A stretch of DNA of 64,000 nt from Candidatus Nanopelagicales bacterium (GTDB lineage: Bacteria; Actinomycetota; Actinomycetes; S36-B12). Numbering within the stretch: position 1 is the first letter of the stretch; the number at the start of each line of letters is the position of its first letter. The stretch is taken from the NCBI GenBank assembly GCA_018402235.1, contig JAGYJJ010000005.1, forward strand, positions 258,219 to 322,218, in the 5' to 3' direction. The notes beneath the pieces were generated by a model, which ran no database searches, had not been told where the DNA came from, and saw nothing but the letters and a program-made list of their open reading frames with translations. This document shows positions 52,313-60,068 of the stretch, piece by piece. The position numbers were made by a program, and so were the translations under genes.

Positions 52313-53440
52313 TCACTTTTTGGTATTTCCATGACCATTCGGGTCAAGTGCCAGACAGGCAGACAGAACGACACCCGCCGTCTTTCCGTTCTGCCAGCTC
52401 CATGAGCCATCGAGTGAATGGGCCCAGGTCGTCATCAGCGTCGACCCGAAACCCGTCATGTCCGGTGGGCCCGCTAATCCTCGGCCATCATCCTTCACTG
52501 TCAGTTCGAGTACGTCGTGTTCCACTCTTACGTCGATCTCGCACAGCCGAGCAGCACCATGGCCGGCAGAATTCAACAGCGCTTGCTCGATAATCCGATA
52601 GGCACCAAGCAGCACGTTCGAGGATGGGCGCGTTTCCTTGTTCTCAATCACGGAATCGACTGTGATTGTCGCCTTCATGCCCGGTTCGTATTGCAGCGCT
52701 AGTTCGTCTAGAGCCGATTCCAAATCCACTTCACTGAGACTCGGGCTAAGGGCACGCGCAATTCGACGAATGTCTACTGCACGGATCTCCTCGAGCTGCG
52801 CGACCGTGTGGTCGAGTGTCCGTTGAGTCTCCGCTGGCCTCTCAACGTCGACCATCTGGAGTTCAAGACAAGCGGCGATCAGACGAGCTTGCACTCGGTC
52901 GTGCAAGGCGCCGGAAATTTGCCGCCGAGTGAACTCGTCTCCCTGCAACAGGATCGCCTGCTGTGCTTGCGCCAGGTTGAGCGCACTCTGCGTCTGAACT
53001 ACTTGGCTGGCCAACTTCGCACCTGCTCTACCGGTAATGATCAGGATGAGGAACATGGCTGCAGCCAGACGCAGGACAGCAACCAACACCGTTGGAACGT
53101 TGTCTAGGGCTGCGGAGTCCACATCGCCAATGATGATTCGAAGCGCGATCACGGTTGCGGACGAAAGAAGTACGAAGACGATGTAGGACACCACCCGAAC
53201 ACCGAAACGCCGCTGCCACAGAACACCGATCTGCAGGACTAGGCCGCTAGGGATCGCGATCAGTACTGATACGGATGTCCCTTCAGTCAGCCATGCAATC
53301 TCAAAGTTACCGCTCGCGATCCGCTCACTGTTGCGAATCCCCGATAGCCATAGCGCCATAGTTACCGTGACGAGTACGGGGCGAAGTGGCCAGGGACCCA
53401 AGATTCGCCAGGATGACCGCTTGAGCGGAATTACCTTCAC
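52313..53440 (-). CDS. sensor histidine kinase (HisKA_3/NarX-type) with polytopic N-terminal membrane domain
   Basis: ORF track, 375 aa. H-box ISGALHDRVQARL and a C-terminal HATPase region (DDGRGL...GFGSTL). The GTG start overlaps the regulator stop. Confidence 0.85.
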   Translation of the reverse strand: MKVIPLKRSSWRILGPWPLRPVLVTVTMALWLSGIRNSERIASGNFEIAWLTEGTSVSVLIAIPSGLVLQIGVLWQRRFGVRVVSYIVFVLLSSATVIALRIIIGDVDSAALDNVPTVLVAVLRLAAAMFLILIITGRAGAKLASQVVQTQSALNLAQAQQAILLQGDEFTRRQISGALHDRVQARLIAACLELQMVDVERPAETQRTLDHTVAQLEEIRAVDIRRIARALSPSLSEVDLESALDELALQYEPGMKATITVDSVIENKETRPSSNVLLGAYRIIEQALLNSAGHGAARLCEIDVRVEHDVLELTVKDDGRGLAGPPDMTGFGSTLMTTWAHSLDGSWSWQNGKTAGVVLSACLALDPNGHGNTKK

Positions 53441-54111
53441 GAGTCACGCCACTCATCGGCATCAACCAGTCGAAGGTAAGACATTACGGCTTTGGTGCGA
53501 ACGTCAGATCCAGCGCCACCGTCAGGAACAAGTGTTTGATAAGCCCTGGACAGGTCCTTGCGCACCGACTCCGGACTGAGATCTATATGGTCACCAATCT
53601 CCGGCGCGCTCATGCCGAGGGAAGCTAAGCCCATGATCACTCGCTGGCGCGCAGTGAGGTTCCTGAGCAACACCGATCCACGGTCATCTTCGGTGTCATC
53701 ACTTCGCATTCGATCGTGGCTCATGCCAAGGGCTGTTGACCGCAAGAGTTCGGTCAGTTCCTCCGGCTTCAACGTGCCCGTCTTCGCCAGATACGACCAG
53801 CCCATCTGCTGCGCTTCGGGAACCTGCTTCGAGACGTTCTTCATCGGATGTTGGGAGTGGATGACGATCCCGATGTTGGGGTTGCGGTTACGCAACGCCA
53901 TTCCCAGATCCATGCCGGTGAGGGTGTCGCGACCCAATGCCAGGTCGAGCAGCGCCACATCCGCTCGTTCCACGCACTCTGAACCGAGCACCTCAAGAGG
54001 ATCAGCGGACGCGAGTATCAAATCCAGCATCGGCTGGGATCGAAGGACCGTGGACATAACACCCAAGAGCGCCGGATCGTTCTCGACATAGATCAGTCGA
54101 GAGGGGCGCAT
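53437..54111 (-). CDS. NarL/FixJ-family response regulator (REC + LuxR-type HTH)
   Basis: ORF track, 224 aa. Receiver domain aspartate (VALLDLALG) and HTH LTARQRVIMGLASLGMSAPEIGDHIDLSPESVRKDLSRAY. Confidence 0.9.
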   Translation of the reverse strand: MRPSRLIYVENDPALLGVMSTVLRSQPMLDLILASADPLEVLGSECVERADVALLDLALGRDTLTGMDLGMALRNRNPNIGIVIHSQHPMKNVSKQVPEAQQMGWSYLAKTGTLKPEELTELLRSTALGMSHDRMRSDDTEDDRGSVLLRNLTARQRVIMGLASLGMSAPEIGDHIDLSPESVRKDLSRAYQTLVPDGGAGSDVRTKAVMSYLRLVDADEWRDS

Positions 54112-54117
54112 GGGCGC

Positions 54118-54164
54118 AGCATCTCATCCCGCGTGCATAAGGGAAAACGGTTTCACACTTGTGA
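54118..54164 (-). promoter_or_regulatory. candidate autoregulated leaderless promoter of the two-component operon: TCACAAGTGTGA, 29 nt, GATGCT, 6 nt, ATG
   Basis: Read directly. The 12-mer is the exact reverse complement of the copy at 52210-52221. Confidence 0.5.
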
Positions 54165-54173
54165 CAGCATCTG

Positions 54174-54602
54174 TTACCGGGTCTTGCTGCGCCAGGTCCA
54201 CGCAAGTCTGATGACGATCGCAAGCAGCACCACCTCAACCAGGCTGCCGAGCACGAAGTAGGCCCACTCGCCTACGGCCGCACCGGCGATCGTGATCGCG
54301 TAAACGCTGGCCACCACGATCGAGACGATTCGGTTGATGCGTCTGGGCATGACCAACGTGAGGTAGACCATCACACTGGGGATGATCACGTAGGCGGTGA
54401 TGCCGAGGAGGAAGGGCTGGCCTACCTCGAAGACGAAGATCCTTCCTTCGTCGAGGCCTTGACGAAAGTCCTGGCGATACAGCGAGAACAGATCCACGTA
54501 GAGGAATACCAACATGGTCGCCACCCACAAAGCGGACATCCGTATCCGGACGTCGATGGGCGAACGCCCCTGCTCGAGTGCCACCGGGTTCGACATAGCC
54601 AT
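54174..54602 (-). CDS. small integral membrane protein (about 4 TM helices), function unknown
   Basis: ORF track, 142 aa, hydrophobic segments throughout. Divergent from a TetR gene. Confidence 0.6.
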   Translation of the reverse strand: MAMSNPVALEQGRSPIDVRIRMSALWVATMLVFLYVDLFSLYRQDFRQGLDEGRIFVFEVGQPFLLGITAYVIIPSVMVYLTLVMPRRINRIVSIVVASVYAITIAGAAVGEWAYFVLGSLVEVVLLAIVIRLAWTWRSKTR

Positions 54603-54612
54603 CCTCTCGTTG

Positions 54613-54660
54613 CCTTACGCTCGTAAGGCTTGAACCGAAGACTAGCCTTACAGGCGTAAG
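54613..54660. promoter_or_regulatory. two palindromes CCTTACG-ct-CGTAAGG and CCTTAC-aggc-GTAAG in the divergent TetR/membrane-protein intergenic region (candidate TetR operators)
   Basis: Read directly. The first begins 11 nt from the membrane-protein ATG (54602). The second abuts the TetR GTG (54660). Confidence 0.55.
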
Positions 54661-55328
54661 TGCGCAAGTATGGGCCCGTGCCCAAGCGACCACCGCTCAC
54701 TGCGCAGCGGATCATCGAGGCCGCTGCCGCAGTGGCTGATGACGGAGGGCTCGCGGCTGTGAGCATGCGCAACGTCGCCAAGGAACTCAAGGTCGAAGCG
54801 ATGTCGCTCTACCACCACGTGGCGGACAAGGAGAGCCTGCTCGATGGCCTAGCCGATTGGATCGTCGTACAGATCGAACTTCCCGAGGTCACCGATCCGT
54901 GGCGAGCAGCGATGTCCGCTCGCGCACACTCCGCCCACGACGTGTTGTCTGCGCATCCGTGGGCGATCACGTTGATCGAATCGCGTCCGGCACCGGGCTT
55001 ACCGCTGCTACGTCATCATGACCGCATCGTTGGGTGCTTGCTCGAATCGGGATTCTCCGCTGCGCTGGCAACCCACGCCTTCTCCGCGATCGACGCCTAC
55101 GTGTACGGATTCACCTTGAGCGAGGCGAACCTGCCCTTCACACCCGGCGATGGAGCTGAGGAAGCCTTCGCCTCGGATGTCGCTCCGGCGGCCGATGAGT
55201 TTCCGTACCTAGCGCGCTCCCTGGGCGAACTCATGGAAACGGGCACCTACTCCTACGCAGCGGAATTCGACTACGGCCTGGACCTAATCCTTGATGGATT
55301 TGTAACCAGATTGGCTGCGCGTTCCTAA
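54660..55328 (+). CDS. TetR-family transcriptional regulator
   Basis: ORF track, 222 aa. HTH VSMRNVAKELKVEAMSLYHHVADKESL. The start could be GTG 54660 or GTG 54678. Confidence 0.85.
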   Translation: MRKYGPVPKRPPLTAQRIIEAAAAVADDGGLAAVSMRNVAKELKVEAMSLYHHVADKESLLDGLADWIVVQIELPEVTDPWRAAMSARAHSAHDVLSAHPWAITLIESRPAPGLPLLRHHDRIVGCLLESGFSAALATHAFSAIDAYVYGFTLSEANLPFTPGDGAEEAFASDVAPAADEFPYLARSLGELMETGTYSYAAEFDYGLDLILDGFVTRLAARS

Positions 55329-55356
55329 CCCCCGGCATCGAACTACTGCCTACCGG

Positions 55357-55893
55357 CTAACTGCCTACTGCGGCGGACGTTCCGAGCGCGCCCATCACGA
55401 TCATCATGATCGCCCACACCGAGATTCCAATGATGCCGCCGATCTTTCGCTGGCGAGCACCCGAGGTGATGATGACAAAGATCGCAACGAAGCCGAAATA
55501 CAGACCGCTGATCAAGAACGATGCGGAGACCGCCATGAGTCCCCAATCAAGGACCACAGCGAGCAACGCGTAAGTACCCCATGCAAGGTTCGCCAGACCA
55601 ACTTCGATCTGGAAGTTGTTGCGTTGCCCGTAATCCCAACCACCATGCACCGCATCGGATCGGTTGTAGATCGCGTGGCGGAAGAAGGACAGCACTCCGG
55701 TGGCGGTGACGGCGAGCAGTGCCGCAACGGAAAGCGATGCGGGCTCTTGTTGCAATGTTGAGATGCCGATGAAGTAGCCGACGCCACCGACGATGTAGGT
55801 CAGCCACATCAAGGTGGCCGCGGGACGGGGACTGACGGTGGCCTGCTCGCTCATGGGTGGAGCATGTCGGAAAGGAACGAGTAAATCGGTCAC
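55357..55893 (-). CDS. integral membrane protein (about 5 TM helices), function unknown
   Basis: ORF track, 178 aa. The start could be GTG 55893 or ATG 55854. Confidence 0.55.
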   Translation of the reverse strand: MTDLLVPFRHAPPMSEQATVSPRPAATLMWLTYIVGGVGYFIGISTLQQEPASLSVAALLAVTATGVLSFFRHAIYNRSDAVHGGWDYGQRNNFQIEVGLANLAWGTYALLAVVLDWGLMAVSASFLISGLYFGFVAIFVIITSGARQRKIGGIIGISVWAIMMIVMGALGTSAAVGS

Positions 55894-55944
55894 CGAGGTG
55901 GGGATTCCCCCTTTTTTTGGAAGCGTAGCCGCCTTGTTTTCACA

Positions 55945-56655
55945 TCAAGCCACGGTTCGTTCACACGTGTGTCCACCAAAACCAGAATTCGGCCAGTACG
56001 CCCACCCAGGTTGATAACCGTCCGGGCAGTCGTCGTCGGGCGAGTCTCTGCCTATTGACTGCACCCACGGGGCACTGGCCTCAGCCGAATTGGACGAGGG
56101 GATTGGCAGTTGCGGGTAGTAGACGTAGCTGCGGTGGTTGCATACGAATCCACCGGTTCCCCCATTAGGCCAGTGCTCCCAACTCGGTTCCCAGTCCGCG
56201 GGGCACGAATCGCTCTCGGTCGCTCGCCCGGTTGACTGGTGCCAGATGCTTAAATCGCGCTCCTGGGACTGGTCGGAGTACACGTTTATCAAGACGGTGC
56301 TGTTGAGCCGTTCCCCAAAGACCTCTTCGCCAAATACTGTGACGGTGTATTGGCCTGCAGGAAGAGGAACAGCATTGCCCGACCGGTCTTTAACCGAGAA
56401 CCCCGGTGAGACGATCACCTCGTCAACCCCGATTGGTGGTCGATATGTGTATTGGTACGGATCCGTTGAACTACAACTCGACTGTGTCCCTGCGCAAACG
56501 TATGCAAGAGTGTTTGCCGAAGCTGGCTCGGTTGAAGCGATAAGTACCGTGCCTGAGCCAGAGGCGGTTAGACACCCGGTGGCAACAAGACAAACCCCCA
56601 GTAGGACAGAGCTGATCATGGCGACCCGGATGCGAGATTGCGACAACGCCACCAC
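55945..56655 (-). CDS. secreted lipoprotein with duplicated Cys/Trp-rich C-terminal module
   Basis: ORF track, 236 aa. Lipobox LVATGC. Duplicated motif CPADWEPSWEHWPNGGTGGFVCNHR / CPDGYQPGWAYWPNSGFGGHTCER. Confidence 0.65.
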   Translation of the reverse strand: MVALSQSRIRVAMISSVLLGVCLVATGCLTASGSGTVLIASTEPASANTLAYVCAGTQSSCSSTDPYQYTYRPPIGVDEVIVSPGFSVKDRSGNAVPLPAGQYTVTVFGEEVFGERLNSTVLINVYSDQSQERDLSIWHQSTGRATESDSCPADWEPSWEHWPNGGTGGFVCNHRSYVYYPQLPIPSSNSAEASAPWVQSIGRDSPDDDCPDGYQPGWAYWPNSGFGGHTCERTVA

Positions 56656-56661
56656 AGGAGA

Positions 56662-56708
56662 ACGCTAAGAGCCTGCCAACCCTCCATGGAGAGGTGTCAC
56701 GAGTGTGA
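56662..56708 (-). promoter_or_regulatory. candidate leaderless promoter of the Cys/Trp lipoprotein gene: TCACACTCGTGA, 29 nt, TAGCGT, 6 nt, GTG
   Basis: Read directly. It matches the giant-gene motif at 11 of 12 positions with identical spacing. It lies between the gene and tRNA-Ala. Confidence 0.5.
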
Positions 56709-56714
56709 ACCAAC

Positions 56715-56790
56715 TGGTGGAGCTGAGGGGATTCGAACCCCTGGCCTTCTCATTGCGAACGAGACGCGCTACCAACTGCGCCACAGCCCC
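56715..56790 (-). tRNA. tRNA-Ala (anticodon CGC), CCA encoded
   Basis: Hand-folded: GGGGCTG tg GCGC agttggta GCGC g TCTCG TTCGCAA TGAGA aggcc AGGGG ttcgaat CCCCT CAGCTCC ACCA. The G3:U70 alanine identity pair is present. Confidence 0.9.
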
Positions 56791-56820
56791 AAGCGAGGGG
56801 AAAGGCTAGCAGCCGAGCAA

Positions 56821-57804
56821 CTACTCGCCCGCGGCGCGGCGGGTTTCTTCATACCCGTCGTTCACGCCATCGTGCATCCGGACCCGGGGCAATTCCGCGG
56901 TGTCGTCGGCCGCGGTGTGCGCAGGCGAACCCAAGGCGTAGGAGTCGTCAGCAAGATCATCAACCGTGATGCGCGGACGACGCATAGTGCGGGCCGCTTC
57001 GACCATGGCTTCTCCGGACCAGTCGCGGTCGCGCTCGATCGGGCGGCGGACGCGGGTTGCCCGCGGGGCGTTGACGTACGTGGGCAAGGTGGTGGGGACA
57101 GCAGTCCAGCCAACTTCGGTTTCCTGCTCCTCGCCCTCCCACGGATCCCACGAAACGAAGTCGTCCATCGCGGCGGCGATCTGCGCATCGCGGCTGCGCT
57201 TGCTCGGTGGGCGAAGACCACGGGTGCGCGGGTAAGCAACTTCGGCAACCTGATCGCTGTACGCGACGTCGCGGTAGTCATCAAGATCGTCGTAATCGGC
57301 CTGGACGTCGTCGTACGTTTCGACAAACCGCTCGCGCCGACGCGAACTACCAGCGCTGGACGAACGCTGCGAGGACGTAACCGAGGCAGCAATCACGTAG
57401 GACAAAACAACGACGGCAAGAAGAATCGGTGCCCACCGGGGCACCACGTTGACGATCGCCAGGACGAGGGTTAGGGCCAAAGCCGAACTCAGGACACCCA
57501 TGATGATCGCCCGGCGCTTCGCGGCCGTTTCCTGCGCCCGCGTCCGCGGATCGAAGGCCAGATTCGACGCCCGAACGTCACGCGAACCTGAGCTATGCCC
57601 GCCACTGTCGGTCCTGTTGTTCTTGCCGAGGGACCGCATCGCGGAGGAGAAGCGCGCGGTGGAACGGACCTCGCTGATCTGGTCGTGGCGACGCAACCAG
57701 ATGGGAATCAAGACGGCAGCCCACAGGGCGATGATCACCACATAGATCAAGCCCGTCACAATTGCACACGCTAGGCGCTGAAAACCCCGTGTTGTGGTAG
57801 GCAA
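56821..57804 (-). CDS. conserved actinobacterial membrane protein with acidic/basic low-complexity cytoplasmic region
   Basis: ORF track, 327 aa. Two to three TM helices and a D/E- and R-rich tail. It occupies a syntenic position next to rimJ-like and galU. Confidence 0.6.
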   Translation of the reverse strand: MPTTTRGFQRLACAIVTGLIYVVIIALWAAVLIPIWLRRHDQISEVRSTARFSSAMRSLGKNNRTDSGGHSSGSRDVRASNLAFDPRTRAQETAAKRRAIIMGVLSSALALTLVLAIVNVVPRWAPILLAVVVLSYVIAASVTSSQRSSSAGSSRRRERFVETYDDVQADYDDLDDYRDVAYSDQVAEVAYPRTRGLRPPSKRSRDAQIAAAMDDFVSWDPWEGEEQETEVGWTAVPTTLPTYVNAPRATRVRRPIERDRDWSGEAMVEAARTMRRPRITVDDLADDSYALGSPAHTAADDTAELPRVRMHDGVNDGYEETRRAAGE

Positions 57805-57857
57805 GAGCTAGACGGGTGTGGCGTGTCGCGCTCGGAGGGACACGAGTTACTCGCCGA

Positions 57858-58478
57858 TTACTGCTGGTGCGCAGCCTCATCCCGCAATCGCGCGACCACT
57901 CCGCCGGGAACATCACCGGCGATAAGGACGTAGGTGAGGTGGTCGCGCCAGTCCCCGTCGATGTGCAGGTACTTCTCGCGGAAGCCCTCTTTCCGGTAGC
58001 CGAGTTTCTCTGCCACGGCCAGTGAGGCCGCGTTTTCTGGCCGGATATTGAGTTCGAGGCGGTGCAGGCGCAAGGTGGTCAGGGCGTAATCCGACGCCAT
58101 CGCCACCGCCATGGTCGTGATGCCGCGTCCGGCGAACTCTTGGTCGATCCAGTAGCCGATATAGGCGCTGCGCAGCGAGCCGTACGTGACGCCCCCCACG
58201 GTCACCTGTCCCACCATGCGTCCACCGAACTCGACCACCCAGGGCAGCACTCGACCCGCACGCGCCTCCGCGCGAAGCCGGCGCACCATCGCCGGGAAGT
58301 TGGGAGGGATCTCACCGGCCTGGGCGCCCTCGTCAGGAACGGTGGCATCCCACGGACCGAGCCAGGCTTGATTACGACGACGAATCTCCTGCCAGCGGGT
58401 GGCATCTGAGAGTCGGAGTGGACGCAACCGAACATCGCCCTCGGTGAGGGTCGGCACCGCATCCGAGCGAGCAAACAT
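57858..58478 (-). CDS. GNAT-family N-acetyltransferase (RimJ/RimL-like)
   Basis: ORF track, 206 aa. Acetyl-CoA-binding region QEFAGRGITTMAV and a typical RimJ-like N-terminus LRPLRLSDA. Confidence 0.8.
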   Translation of the reverse strand: MFARSDAVPTLTEGDVRLRPLRLSDATRWQEIRRRNQAWLGPWDATVPDEGAQAGEIPPNFPAMVRRLRAEARAGRVLPWVVEFGGRMVGQVTVGGVTYGSLRSAYIGYWIDQEFAGRGITTMAVAMASDYALTTLRLHRLELNIRPENAASLAVAEKLGYRKEGFREKYLHIDGDWRDHLTYVLIAGDVPGGVVARLRDEAAHQQ

Positions 58479-58480
58479 GC

Positions 58481-59371
58481 TCAGCCGCTGAAGTCCTGCT
58501 CGACCAACCAGGCCCGAAGGTCCGGTCCGATGTCCTCGCGTTCGGTCGCCAGGCGGATGACAGCCTTGAGATATCCGAGTTTGTCGCCGGTGTCGTAGCG
58601 CCGCCCGGTAAACACCACTCCGCGCACACCGCCCCCATCCTCGGCAGCCATCTTCGACAGTTCGAGCAGTGCATCGGTCAGTTGAATCTCACCGCCGCGT
58701 CCGGGCTTGGTGCGATGCAGTACTGCAAACACTGCCGGATCGAGCACGTACCGGCCGATGATGGCGTAATTGCTGGGTGCATCGGCAACTGCAGGCTTCT
58801 CGATCAGGTCGGTTACTTCCAGGACGTCGTTGTAGTCCGTGGGCGTTACCGCAGCGCACCCGTACAGCGAGATGTCTTCTTTCGGAACCTGCATCAAGCA
58901 GATAACCGAGCCACCGAACTCTTCACGAACCTCGATCATGCGAGGAAGGATCGGATCGCGTTCATCAATCAAGTCATCACCGAGCAGCACCGCGAACGGA
59001 TGATCACCAACATGGTGCTCGGCCATCAACACTGCGTGGCCAAGTCCCAGGGCCTGCCCCTGTCGGACATAGTGAATGCGCGCAAGGTCCGTGGATTCCT
59101 GGGTGAGGGCCAGCCGATCGGAGTCGTTCTTCTCCTGCAGCGCTACTTCGAGTTCGGTATTTCTATCGAAATGATCCTCAAGGGCTCGCTTGCCGCGGCT
59201 GGTGATGAACAGAACGTCTTCCAGCCCTGCGGCCACCGCCTCTTCCACCACGAACTGGATCGCCGGTTTGTCGACTACCGGCAGCATCTCCTTGGGCATT
59301 GCCTTGGTGGCCGGCAGAAAGCGGGTGCCCAGCCCAGCAGCGGGGATGACCGCTGCATTCACGCCCTTCAT
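58481..59371 (-). CDS. galU: UTP--glucose-1-phosphate uridylyltransferase
   Basis: ORF track 58481..59470. ATG 59371 gives MKGVNAAVIPAAGLGTRFLPATKAMPKEMLPVVDKP. The upstream 33 codons are the tandem-repeat region. Confidence 0.9.
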   Translation of the reverse strand: MKGVNAAVIPAAGLGTRFLPATKAMPKEMLPVVDKPAIQFVVEEAVAAGLEDVLFITSRGKRALEDHFDRNTELEVALQEKNDSDRLALTQESTDLARIHYVRQGQALGLGHAVLMAEHHVGDHPFAVLLGDDLIDERDPILPRMIEVREEFGGSVICLMQVPKEDISLYGCAAVTPTDYNDVLEVTDLIEKPAVADAPSNYAIIGRYVLDPAVFAVLHRTKPGRGGEIQLTDALLELSKMAAEDGGGVRGVVFTGRRYDTGDKLGYLKAVIRLATEREDIGPDLRAWLVEQDFSG

Positions 59372-59395
59372 GAGGGCAGACCATACGCGCCTTCT

Positions 59396-59440
59396 GGTGA
59401 TAAGGGCACGGGTGATGAGGGCACGGGTGATGAGGGCACG
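59396..59440. repeat. 15-bp tandem repeat x3 (GGTGATGAGGGCACG; first copy has one mismatch) in the galU / 5-FTHF cyclo-ligase divergent intergenic region
   Basis: Read directly. It is also visible as RALITRALITRALIT in the over-extended galU ORF. Confidence 0.85.
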
Positions 59441-59462
59441 CTGCTTAGGGCAGGCTGTGGCC

Positions 59463-60068
59463 ATGGCCACGTCGGCGAACGCCGCTCAGCACAAGAGCGA
59501 ACTACGACGCACCATTCGACACAAGCGACAAGAACGACCCATGAGGTCCGATAGCACCCAACAAGGCGATGCACTCCGCATCGCAGAGCACGTCATGGAT
59601 CTGGAGGAGATTCACCTAGCCTGCGAAGAAGGGCTACCCATCGCCTGTTACGTCTCGCGAATGGATGAGCCACCAACGCAGGAACTGCGCGAGCAGCTAT
59701 TCGATGCCGGCGCAACCTTGTTGCTTCCGCGGATAGATGGTGAGGATCTGGTCTGGGTTCAGGTGACACCCGAGACCGAGTGGGTGAAGAACCGGTGGAA
59801 CATCGACGAACCCGCCGGCTCGACTTTCGACGGGACACCGTCGATTTGGATCATTCCCGGATTGGCGATCGACGCCGACGGTTACCGACTTGGCCAAGGC
59901 GGCGGCTACTACGACCGCGCCTTGCAGAACGTGCCCGCAGACCTTCCCATCATCGCGATCGTCTTTGAAGACGAGGTGATGGAGGAAGTGCCCCGCGAGG
60001 AGCACGACCACCGCGTGGACATCGTGGTCACACCCGAGCGGGTGCGCTGGCTATCGATGCCCGACTAA
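59463..60068 (+). CDS. 5-formyltetrahydrofolate cyclo-ligase
   Basis: ORF track 59190..60068. ATG 59463 gives MATSANAAQHKSELRRTIRHKR... The C-terminal motif GYRLGQGGGYYDR is present. Confidence 0.85.
   Translation: MATSANAAQHKSELRRTIRHKRQERPMRSDSTQQGDALRIAEHVMDLEEIHLACEEGLPIACYVSRMDEPPTQELREQLFDAGATLLLPRIDGEDLVWVQVTPETEWVKNRWNIDEPAGSTFDGTPSIWIIPGLAIDADGYRLGQGGGYYDRALQNVPADLPIIAIVFEDEVMEEVPREEHDHRVDIVVTPERVRWLSMPD

Noticed and set aside
55894-55920. GGGGATTCCCCC followed by T7, considered as a terminator or as a remnant of the tRNA-Ala T-arm (GGGGATTCGAACCCC) marking an island att site.
   Set aside because: The stem has essentially no loop. The T-run is on the wrong strand for the flanking minus-strand genes. 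The similarity to the tRNA is only about 8-10 nt.
55961-55972. A fourth copy of the TCACA-N2-TGTGA motif (TCACACGTGTGT on the plus strand).
   Set aside because: It matches the motif at only 10 of 12 positions. It lies inside the 3' end of the lipoprotein coding sequence. It does not keep the 41-nt spacing to either candidate start (55893 or 55854) of the downstream gene.
59372-59470. An N-terminal extension of GalU containing RALITRALITRALIT.
   Set aside because: It is a translation of the 15-bp intergenic tandem repeat. The conserved GalU N-terminus (MKGVNAAVIPAAGLGTRFLP) starts at ATG 59371.
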